A stretch of DNA of 64,000 bases. It comes from Thermoplasmata archaeon. Its GTDB lineage: Archaea > Thermoplasmatota > Thermoplasmata > RBG-16-68-12. The position numbers were made by a program, and so were the translations under genes. The notes beneath the pieces were generated by a model, which saw only the letters and a program-made list of their open reading frames with translations, did not search any database and was not told where the DNA came from. The stretch is from assembly GCA_035632695.1 (NCBI GenBank), contig DASQGG010000167.1, positions 120 through 64,119 on the forward strand, in the 5' to 3' direction. Below, piece by piece: positions 53,028 to 61,100 of the stretch (its first letter is position 1; each line of letters opens with the position of its first letter).

Positions 53028-54050
53028 ATGCGCGCGCCCGTGCAGTTCGTGATCATCGCGGGAGGATTGGGCACGCGCCTCCGGCCCTTGACGCTCCGCC
53101 GCCCCAAGGCGCTCCTCCCTCTCCTGAACCGTCCCCAGATCCTCCATGTCCTGGACCGTCTCCCCATGGGTTGCGACCGTGTCGTCGTCGCAGTGAACTA
53201 CCTGTACGAGCAGGTCCGCGACTACTTCGAGGTCCTCGACTCCGACGTCGAGGTCGTCGTGGTCAACGAGCCCCAACCGCTCGGGACCGGCGGTGCGATC
53301 AAGAACGTCGAGGACCACGTCTCGGGCACCTTCGCGGTCGCGAACGGCGACGTGATCGACCGGATCGACTTCGAAGGGTTCCTGAAGTTCCACCGCCGCC
53401 ACCGCGGGATCGGGTCCCTCGGCGTCGGCTCCGTCGAAGATCCCACCGCGTACGGGGTCGTCGCCCTGGACGGCGAGCGCATCACGCGCTTCGTCGAGAA
53501 GCCCCAGGAGACGGAGGCTCCGAGCAACTTGGCGAACGCGGGCCGCTATCTCCTGGAGCCCGAGGTGTTCGATGCGATTGAGGCGGGGCGGGTCGTCTCC
53601 ATGGAGCGCGAGGTGTTCCCCAAGCTGATCCCTCGGGGCCTGTACGCCTTCCGCGAGGAGGGCTACTGGTCCGATGCGGGGACGCTCCCCGCGTACCTGG
53701 AGGCCCAGCGCTTCCTCCTGGAGGACGGAGGCAGCGGCCTCGCCAAGGGCGCCGAGGTCTCCCGCGCCGACCTCCTGTCGCACGTCCTCGTGGCACCGGG
53801 CTGCTTCGTCGAAGGCCACCTGGGGCCCAACGCGGTCCTGGGGAAGGGGTGCAAGGTCGGCCGCTCCGTGGTCCGGAACGCGGCGCTGTTTGACGGCGTG
53901 AGCGTGGACGACAAGGTGGAGATCGACACCTCCATCGTCGGGGAAGGCGCGGCGATTGGCGAGGGCGCGCTGGTGCGCAACTCCATCGTGGGGGACGGAG
54001 TCCAGGTGCTGCCCCATGCGCGGCTCCTCGGGGCGCGGGTGGACGGATGA
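53028..54050 (+). CDS. sugar-1-phosphate nucleotidyltransferase (mannose-1-P guanylyltransferase / glucose-1-P thymidylyltransferase-like) with C-terminal left-handed beta-helix
   Basis: N-terminal motif IIAGGLGTRLRPLT (G-x-G-T-R-x-x-P-x-T), then GTGGAI, then C-terminal hexapeptide repeats (..VGEGAAIGEGALVRNSIVGDGVQV..). Confidence 0.8.
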   Translation: MRAPVQFVIIAGGLGTRLRPLTLRRPKALLPLLNRPQILHVLDRLPMGCDRVVVAVNYLYEQVRDYFEVLDSDVEVVVVNEPQPLGTGGAIKNVEDHVSGTFAVANGDVIDRIDFEGFLKFHRRHRGIGSLGVGSVEDPTAYGVVALDGERITRFVEKPQETEAPSNLANAGRYLLEPEVFDAIEAGRVVSMEREVFPKLIPRGLYAFREEGYWSDAGTLPAYLEAQRFLLEDGGSGLAKGAEVSRADLLSHVLVAPGCFVEGHLGPNAVLGKGCKVGRSVVRNAALFDGVSVDDKVEIDTSIVGEGAAIGEGALVRNSIVGDGVQVLPHARLLGARVDG

Positions 54051-55402
54051 CGCGGCTCTTCGGGACGAACGGGATTCGGGGCGTCGTGGGCCAGGACATG
54101 ACCGCCGACCTCGCGGTCCGGGTCGGGCGTGCCATCGGTTCCCAGTTCGGAGCCGGCTCCGTGGTCCTCGCCCGCGACCCGCGCCTATCGGGACCCATGC
54201 TCGCCCGAGCGGTCGCGGCGGGCCTCATGTCCGCGGGCCTCGAGGTGATCGACCTCGGGATGGTCCCGACGCCTTGCGCCCAGTACTACATCCACAAGCA
54301 CGGCCACCTGAAGGGCGGCGTGGTGATCACCGCCTCCCACAACCCCCGGGAGTTCAACGGGATCAAGGCGATCGACGCCCGCGGGATGGAGATGGCTCGG
54401 GAGGAAGAGGAGGCCATCGAGACCATCTACTTCGAGGAATCCTACCGCGCCGCGGACTGGTCCGCGGTGGGCGACCTCCGGTCCGACGGGAGCGCGATCG
54501 ACCTGTACCTTCGCGACATCCTCTCCCGGGTGGATGTCGACGCGATCCGGAAGCGGAAGCTGACCGTGGTCGCGGATCCCGCGAGCGGCGCCGGCTGCGT
54601 CACGACGCCGTACCTGCTGCGAATGCTCGGCTGCCGCGTGCTCACCCTGAACGGGCAACCCGACGGTGCATTCCCCGGGCGCCTCCCCGAACCCACGCTG
54701 GAGCACCTCGGCGACCTCATGCGGGCCGTGCCCGACTCCAAGGCGGCCCTGGGCGTCGCCCACGACGGCGACGCGGATCGCGCCATCTTCGTGGACGAGA
54801 CGGGAGCCTTCCTCTACGGCGACCGGAGTCTCGCCCTCCTCGCGAAGTCGGAGCTCGCGGATCACGGCGGTCTCGTGGTGACTCCCGTGAGCACGTCGAG
54901 CGTCCTCGACGACGTGGTTCGCGAGGCCGGCGGCAAGGTCCTACGCACGAAGGTGGGCTCCCCGATCGTCGCGCGGACCATGCTCGAGCAGGGCGCCGCG
55001 TTCGGCGGCGAGGAGAACGGGGGCATCATCTTCCCCGAGCACCAGTTCTGCCGCGATGGCGGGATGACCCTCGCCAAGATGCTCGAGGTCGTGGCCCGGG
55101 AGGGCAAGCCGCTCTCGGTCCTGGTCGCTCAGCTCCCGCAGTACAGCCTGTCCAAGGCGGCCGTGGACGTCCCCATCGACCGACGCGAAGCCACCTTGGA
55201 GCGCCTGCTCGGGTTGGTCCGGGACCGGCGCGTCGAGACGATCGACGGCGTCAAGATCCACGAGGAGGACGGCTGGGTCCTCGTCCGCCCCTCGGGGACC
55301 GAGCCCCTGTTCCGCGTCTACGCGGAGGCGCGGACCCCGGAGCGGGCGAAGGCGCTCGCCCAGGAAGGATCGGACCTCGTGCGGAAGGCTCTCAGGTCAT
55401 GA
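54047..55402 (+). CDS. phosphohexomutase (phosphoglucosamine mutase / phosphomannomutase, GlmM/ManB family)
   Basis: Active-site serine loop TASHNPREFNGIK, metal-binding loop DGDADR, and sugar-binding GEENGG. It overlaps the upstream NTP-transferase by 4 nt. Confidence 0.85.
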   Translation: MTRLFGTNGIRGVVGQDMTADLAVRVGRAIGSQFGAGSVVLARDPRLSGPMLARAVAAGLMSAGLEVIDLGMVPTPCAQYYIHKHGHLKGGVVITASHNPREFNGIKAIDARGMEMAREEEEAIETIYFEESYRAADWSAVGDLRSDGSAIDLYLRDILSRVDVDAIRKRKLTVVADPASGAGCVTTPYLLRMLGCRVLTLNGQPDGAFPGRLPEPTLEHLGDLMRAVPDSKAALGVAHDGDADRAIFVDETGAFLYGDRSLALLAKSELADHGGLVVTPVSTSSVLDDVVREAGGKVLRTKVGSPIVARTMLEQGAAFGGEENGGIIFPEHQFCRDGGMTLAKMLEVVAREGKPLSVLVAQLPQYSLSKAAVDVPIDRREATLERLLGLVRDRRVETIDGVKIHEEDGWVLVRPSGTEPLFRVYAEARTPERAKALAQEGSDLVRKALRS

Positions 55403-56180
55403 GCGCGGGGAACCAGACGGCCAGGATCGCGTAGGCGAGGATCGCCCCCGCGGATGTGGCGAGCAGGTTCGTGGTCTTCTTGTTCACGATTCCCCTGCGC
55501 TCGAGCGTCGCCCCGATCACGCTGTCGATCTGGCAGCCCACGAACCCCAGGACCGCGGGCACGAGGAGGACCTCGGGAAGGCCCGGCATGGTCATGCTCA
55601 TGCCGTACATCCTCGCCACGTCCCCGAGGATAAACCATCCGACCACGGCCGTGTACAAGGCGGCGGCGACCGCGCACATCTGGCCCAGAACGGAGACGCC
55701 GCCGTCCGTGCCCGGTGTCACGCGTTTGAACGACGTGATCAGGTAGGCCTTCGGGGAGAGAACCCCGATCTCGCTGGCCAGGGTGTCGGAGCCCGCCACG
55801 GCGAGCCCGGAGAGGAACACCACGCCGCTCACGGTCCGAGGGAGCCAGGGCGGGTTCACGAAGGACAGGATGGCGGCGGCCATCGGGGCGATTCCGTTCG
55901 CGAGGACGTTCGACGCCCGGCGCTCCCCCTTGACGCCCTCCTGGACCCCCATGGCCTCCTTAAGGGCGAACTTGTACCGCGTGGCCAGGAAGGAGGAAAG
56001 GAGGAAAAAGAGGAGGAGGAAGAGCCAGGTCACGTCGCCGAAGATCCCGATGACCATGCCCACTGCGAAGGCCGCCACGGAGCCGTCCAGCGTGAGGACG
56101 TCCTTCGCGTAGGCGAGGTAGCAGAGCACCCCGCACATCCCCAGGCTGACGAGGGCGGAGCCCCAGAGGTCCAGCGCCAT
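55392..56180 (-). CDS. DUF92 / TMEM19 / VTE6-family integral membrane protein (putative isoprenoid-phosphate kinase-like)
   Basis: 262 aa with about 7 TM helices. The family signature region is ..RRASNVLANGIAPM..SGLAVAGSDTLASEIGVLS.. The start is ATG at 56180 (MALDLWG). Confidence 0.65.
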   Translation of the reverse strand: MALDLWGSALVSLGMCGVLCYLAYAKDVLTLDGSVAAFAVGMVIGIFGDVTWLFLLLFFLLSSFLATRYKFALKEAMGVQEGVKGERRASNVLANGIAPMAAAILSFVNPPWLPRTVSGVVFLSGLAVAGSDTLASEIGVLSPKAYLITSFKRVTPGTDGGVSVLGQMCAVAAALYTAVVGWFILGDVARMYGMSMTMPGLPEVLLVPAVLGFVGCQIDSVIGATLERRGIVNKKTTNLLATSAGAILAYAILAVWFPALMT

Positions 56181-56301
56181 TCCGGCATGGAAAGGGGGGT
56201 CCCCATAAAGGTTTTCCTTCGCGAATCTCGCCGTCGAAATCCGGCGGCGTCGTTCGAGGCGTCGAAACGTACAAGTACGCGACAATACGTTGTGGATACG
56301 C

Positions 56302-56309
56302 CATAAATA
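56302..56309 (+). promoter_or_regulatory. TATA box (CATAAATA) about 25 nt upstream of ATG 56332, with GGCGGAGG (SD-like) 9 nt upstream of the ATG
   Basis: An AT-rich element in GC-rich DNA. Its placement supports translation from 56332, which includes the RHH extension. Confidence 0.45.
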
Positions 56310-56331
56310 CGTTTTGGCGGAGGTATGACGT

Positions 56332-57048
56332 ATGACAGAAGTGCGCGTGGCTCTGTCCGAGGAGATCAACCGGTACCTGGATTCCCTGGTCCGCACGGGT
56401 CCGTTCGCGAGCAAGGCGGAACTGGTCCGGGCCGCCCTCGTGTCCTACGCAAGCGAGGCGGGTCCCATGGCCCAGGGCTTCGACCTGGAGACGCGGTTCG
56501 CCCCAAACGGGCGCGTGTACCAGTTGGAGTACGCTCGGGAGTGTGCCCGCCGCGGCAGCCCGGGCGTCGGTGCGGTGTACGACGGCGGCGTCCTGCTCGC
56601 GGCGACCGCGACCGCCGGGAAGTTGGTGCGTTCGATCCCCAAGATCCGCAGGATCGAGGAGCGCCTCGCGATTCTGGCCTCCGGGTTCGTCGCGGACGCG
56701 TACGTCGCGGCCCAACGGGCGCGACAGGCCAAGCCGCAGAGCACGGAGGATGCCCTCGACCTGCTCGTGAGCCTCTACTGGGAACACTCGGCAGACCGGA
56801 CGAAGCGACCCATGGCCGCCGGGCTCCTGATCGCCAGCGCCCTGGACGGCGATGGACGGCTCTTCTACCTAGACCCCAGCGGCGCGCTCATCGAGTACGA
56901 GGCCGCGGCCGTGGGTGACGACGCGGACGAGCGGATGGAGGCCCTCGAGAAGCGGTATCGGAAGGGGACGGCGCGGGAGACGGAACGGCTCCTCCTCGAC
57001 GTCCTCGGCAAGCCCCCGAAGGTCGAACTCCTGAAGGTGTCCGCCTGA
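56332..57048 (+). CDS. proteasome alpha-type subunit homologue carrying an in-frame N-terminal ribbon-helix-helix (CopG-like) extension
   Basis: Residues 1-45 (MTEVRVALSEEINRYLDSLVRTGPFASKAELVRAALVSYASEA) have the classic RHH beta-alpha-alpha pattern. Residues about 46-238 match the proteasome alpha signature (FDLETRFAPNGRVYQLEYAREC..GSPGVGAVYDGGVLLAA..RIEERLAILASGFVADAYVAAQRARQ). There is no Thr1, so it is alpha-type and not catalytic. Confidence 0.7.
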   Translation: MTEVRVALSEEINRYLDSLVRTGPFASKAELVRAALVSYASEAGPMAQGFDLETRFAPNGRVYQLEYARECARRGSPGVGAVYDGGVLLAATATAGKLVRSIPKIRRIEERLAILASGFVADAYVAAQRARQAKPQSTEDALDLLVSLYWEHSADRTKRPMAAGLLIASALDGDGRLFYLDPSGALIEYEAAAVGDDADERMEALEKRYRKGTARETERLLLDVLGKPPKVELLKVSA

Positions 57049-57051
57049 CCC

Positions 57052-58074
57052 TCACCCGAACCAGGTGTCCAGCGATTTCTGCTTCTGGGCGCCTCGGGCC
57101 TCGGTGAACTTGGCCAGCGCCTGGTCGATGCGGTCCCGCGAGAACGCGAACTCGTCGCAGAGCATCCTGCGAACGCCCTCCGCATCGGGGTCCCGGAACT
57201 CGATGGGGACCTCGGGCAGGACACGAGGCTCGAGGAAGATCCGGCGCACCTCGTCCTTGGACTCGATGTCGATCTGGAGTTCGTCGAGCGCGGGCTCCAG
57301 GGAGCCGTGCTTCTTGATCAACGCGAGCGCCTTCTTGGGCCCGATGCCCCGCACGCCCTCGTTGAAGTCCGTGCCGATGAGGAGGGCCATGTCCACGAGC
57401 TGCTCCCGCGTGATCCCGAGCGCGGTCAGCGTGGCCTCGAGTCCGATCTCCTCGGGCTGCACATCCACATAGACCTCCTTCCGCGGGAGCTTCCGGCGAC
57501 CCGTGATCGCGAGGTTCTTCACGAGGCGCGGCGAGCCGAAGAGGAGGGAATCGTAGTCCTGGGACGCCGCGGCGTACGCGGTGCCGGAGCGGGCCATGGC
57601 GGACGCCTGGGCCTCGCCCTCGCTAGGCGCCTGGACGCAGGGCACGCCCAGGAGCCCGAGGAGCCGCTTGGACTGCTCGACTATCTCCCGCGTCAGGCGC
57701 GAGGTCTGCATGGCCTTCGTCCTCGCCCTGGCCAGATCGCCGATCTCCACGGCCTCCTTCCACTCCCGCTCCGCGCGGACCTTGACCTCGTCGCGCTCGC
57801 TGATCGTGCGGGCCTTGAGCCGCGGCGGCTCGCCGTCGAACACGAACACGGGCCGGATGCCCGCGGCCACGAAGTTGGACAGGCGGTAGATCAGGCCGCT
57901 CAGGTGGGACGTGATCCGGCCCTGCCCGTCCATGAGCGGCGTGCCGTCGGGCTGGCGGATGATCGCGAGGAACTGGTACAGGGTGTTGAACGCGTCGATC
58001 GCAAGGACCTTTCCGGAGAAGTCCTCCAGGGCGCGCTTCTCCGGCGACACGATGTCGGAGAGGATGACTCCCAT
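57052..58074 (-). CDS. fen: flap endonuclease 1 (FEN-1)
   Basis: XPG-N (MGVILSDIV..AIDAFNTLYQFL) and XPG-I (..QAPSEGEAQASAM..SQDYDSLLFG) domains, a helix-2-turn-helix (GIGPKKAL), and a C-terminal PIP box QKSLDTWF. Confidence 0.9.
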   Translation of the reverse strand: MGVILSDIVSPEKRALEDFSGKVLAIDAFNTLYQFLAIIRQPDGTPLMDGQGRITSHLSGLIYRLSNFVAAGIRPVFVFDGEPPRLKARTISERDEVKVRAEREWKEAVEIGDLARARTKAMQTSRLTREIVEQSKRLLGLLGVPCVQAPSEGEAQASAMARSGTAYAAASQDYDSLLFGSPRLVKNLAITGRRKLPRKEVYVDVQPEEIGLEATLTALGITREQLVDMALLIGTDFNEGVRGIGPKKALALIKKHGSLEPALDELQIDIESKDEVRRIFLEPRVLPEVPIEFRDPDAEGVRRMLCDEFAFSRDRIDQALAKFTEARGAQKQKSLDTWFG

Positions 58075-58114
58075 GGCGTCGCTCCAATGGCGGGCGCGCC
58101 TAAAACCCTGCCGT

Positions 58115-61100
58115 CTACATCTGAGCCTGGCGGATCCCGAGGTACAGGGTGTCCTTGCCCAGGACCGCCTCGATCACGTACGCGTCTTGGGGCGCCTTCG
58201 ACGCGAAGCGCACCTCGAGGGCGTTCGCCTCCCGGAGGATCATGTCCCGCCAGGGCTTGAGCATGCCGCGGACCTCCGAGCTCCCGACGATGTCGAGCTC
58301 CACGACGCTCTCCTCGGTGAGGTTCAGGTCCTTGCGGGAGTCCTTCACGATCCCCACGATTTCCCGCGCGTAGCCTTCCGCGAGGAGGTCCTTGTTGAGC
58401 CGCGTGTCCAGGTAGATCACGCCGCCGTCGAAGGGCTCCTCGACGACGTGCTCGGGAATGCTCTCGACGAAGGAGACCATGCTCGGGTCGATCCGCACCT
58501 TCTGGCCCTCGATGCCCACGGAGTACTCGCCCTTGTCGAGGCCCGCCTTGATCTTCCAGGCGTCCTGGCTCCGGAGGAGGATCTCGATCTTCTTCGCCCA
58601 CAGCTTGTACGCCGCGGACACGGAGTCCATGTGGACGTCGATGTCGATCTTCATCCCCCGCCAGGTCTCGTTGGGGGGGATGATGTCGAGCTCCTTCGCG
58701 CCGCTTTGCCCAACGATGATCTTGCGGAACGCGCTCACCGCGTCGTAGACCAGGGGATCGCTCGCCTGGATTGCGAGTCGGGACACGGGCCAGTACCGCT
58801 CGATCCCGGCGCGCATCTTCGCCTGGAAGGCCGCCTCGAGGGCGCGGCGCAGCACGTCCACGAACGCCTGGACCTGCTCGTCGGAAAGCTGGAGGGTACC
58901 CGCTTCCTTGGCGGTCAGGACCTCCTTCTGGATCTGCTTCTGGATCTCCTCCGTCGGACCGACCGTCGCGTCGCGGACCTTCTGGAGCATCTGGGCACCC
59001 ACTTCGAAGCCGCCCTCCTCGATCGCAGCGCAGGCGGCTTCCAGGAAGTCGCCCTCCTTCCCGCCGAGCAGCCCGCGGTCGAGGAGGATGGGGATCTTGC
59101 TGACCGGCGTGTCTTCGAGGGGTCCCAGGGAGACGCCCTCCACCTCGGTGGCGAAGAGGAGCTTCCGGACCAGGTCCTGGACGCCGTCCAGGACCCCGAG
59201 GTCCCCGCTCCAGTTCTCGAGGCGGATGCCGTAGGCGTCGTGGATCTCCTTGAGGACCTGGACCGTGTAGAGCGGGAGGACCCGCGGCTCCTTGCCGCGG
59301 ATTCCCAGGATTACGAACATCTGGGGCCCGCGCGCGGCGAAGAGGTTCTGATGGCCCATCTTCGCTCGCTGGACCCCTCGGGCCCCGGAGTCCGCGAAGG
59401 CCTTCGTGATGAGGGCCTTGGCCTGGGCCTCCATGGTCGCGGCCTTGTCCGCCTCCTCGGCGGAGAGGTACACGCGGCTCTCGTGGCAGATCAGGTCCCC
59501 GCCCTCATGGAACAGGATTGCGTCCTCGATCGAGTAGCCGTCCTCCGCCTCCACGCGAACAATCTTGGAGTCCGTGACCTGGTGCTTCGCATCGTCGAGA
59601 GGGCGGGTGTAGTGGATCTCGAAGTCGAGGTCCATGGTGCCCGCTTCCCGCGGGCGGACGCCGAACTCGAGGGAGACTTTCTCGTTGGGGTCCAGCTTCT
59701 CCACGCTGTGGAGCCCATGGACGTCGGCAGGGCCGTTGACCACGGGGATGATGTTCTTCGCGGGCCAGTCCCCCTTGTTCTCGATCCGGAGCTCCATCCG
59801 GTTCCACCGGTTCGCCTGGAGGCCCGCGTTCTTCTCTTCGAGGAAGAGGCGCGGGTAGCGGTCCCGGAGGATCTGCTCGAGGCGCGCCCTCGCGGTCGCC
59901 TCAGCCCGGTCGATCAGGGGCTCGAGCCCCTTGAAGTCCTCGGCCTTGAGCGCCTCCTCGGCCTTTGCGAGCAGGACCTCCACATCGCCCAGGTCCGCGT
60001 GGACCTCCTTGGCCTCCGCGACGGTCGCCTGGAGCTTGGCGAGTTCCTCTTTGGCCCGCGCCAGGACCGTGTGGCGCCGCTGGCGCGCCAGGCTGTCCTT
60101 GGCGCGGCGGAGGTAGTCCTCCATCTGCCGGTAGTTCTTCCGCTGGATGGCCGCCTCGATCTTCGTGAGGTACGACTCCGCCTCGCGGGCGTCGAGGTTC
60201 TGGCTCTTGGCGATCTGGATGTCGTTGATCAGGGAAGCGAGCTCAATCTCCACGCGCTTCGCCGCGATTTCCCCCTTCGCGCGCTCCAGGGACTCGTGGA
60301 GCCCCGCGTGGATCTCGCGGACGCGCTCGTACTTCCCCTCGTGGAACGCTTCTTCGGCTTCCCGGAGGAGCAGCTCCGCCTGGCTCACGTCGACCCCGAG
60401 GGACCGCATCTCGCCGACCGTGTCGCGGGCCGCGGCCATGAGGTCTCCCATGCGGCTCTGCAGCTGCTCCTGGGCCGCGTCCGCCTGCGCCTTCGCCTGT
60501 TCGATGAACTGGAGAGCGAGCCGCACGTCCGTCTCGAGGGTCGACTGGGCCTTCGCGAGGAGCTCGTTCGCCGCCACGGTCTGCTCGACGCCGAGGGCGT
60601 CGATGAGCTTCGCGGTCAGGGTAATCGGGCTGTCCGCGAGCGCCCCCATGTCCGCGTTGGGGTCGGTCGCCACGTAGAGGAGCTTCTTGATGACGTCGTC
60701 GATCCCGTCGAGCTGGTGCAGGAGCCCCGTCCACTTGTCGAGGACGGTCCCATATTTCGTCTCGACCTCCTGGAGGATCTGCGCCATGTAGAGCGGGAGG
60801 AGCCGCGGTTCCTCGCCCACGACGACCGTGGCCAGGTACGTGTGGTCCGAGCGCTCGATGAGGACCTTCTCGTCCCCGAAGCCGAGTCGGTCGAGGCCCT
60901 TCCGGGCGCGCTTGAAGGAATCCTTGACGAAGTCCCGGACGACGGTCAGCATGCCCGAGAAGATGTCCTCGTCGATCTCCTCGCGGAACTTGCGGGAGTG
61001 GTGGCTGATCAGCCGGCCGTCCGAGTGGATCAGGAACACATCCTCCACGAGGTACGTGCCCTCGGGCTCCACCTTGACGCTTTGCCGGTCCTTGAGCTCG

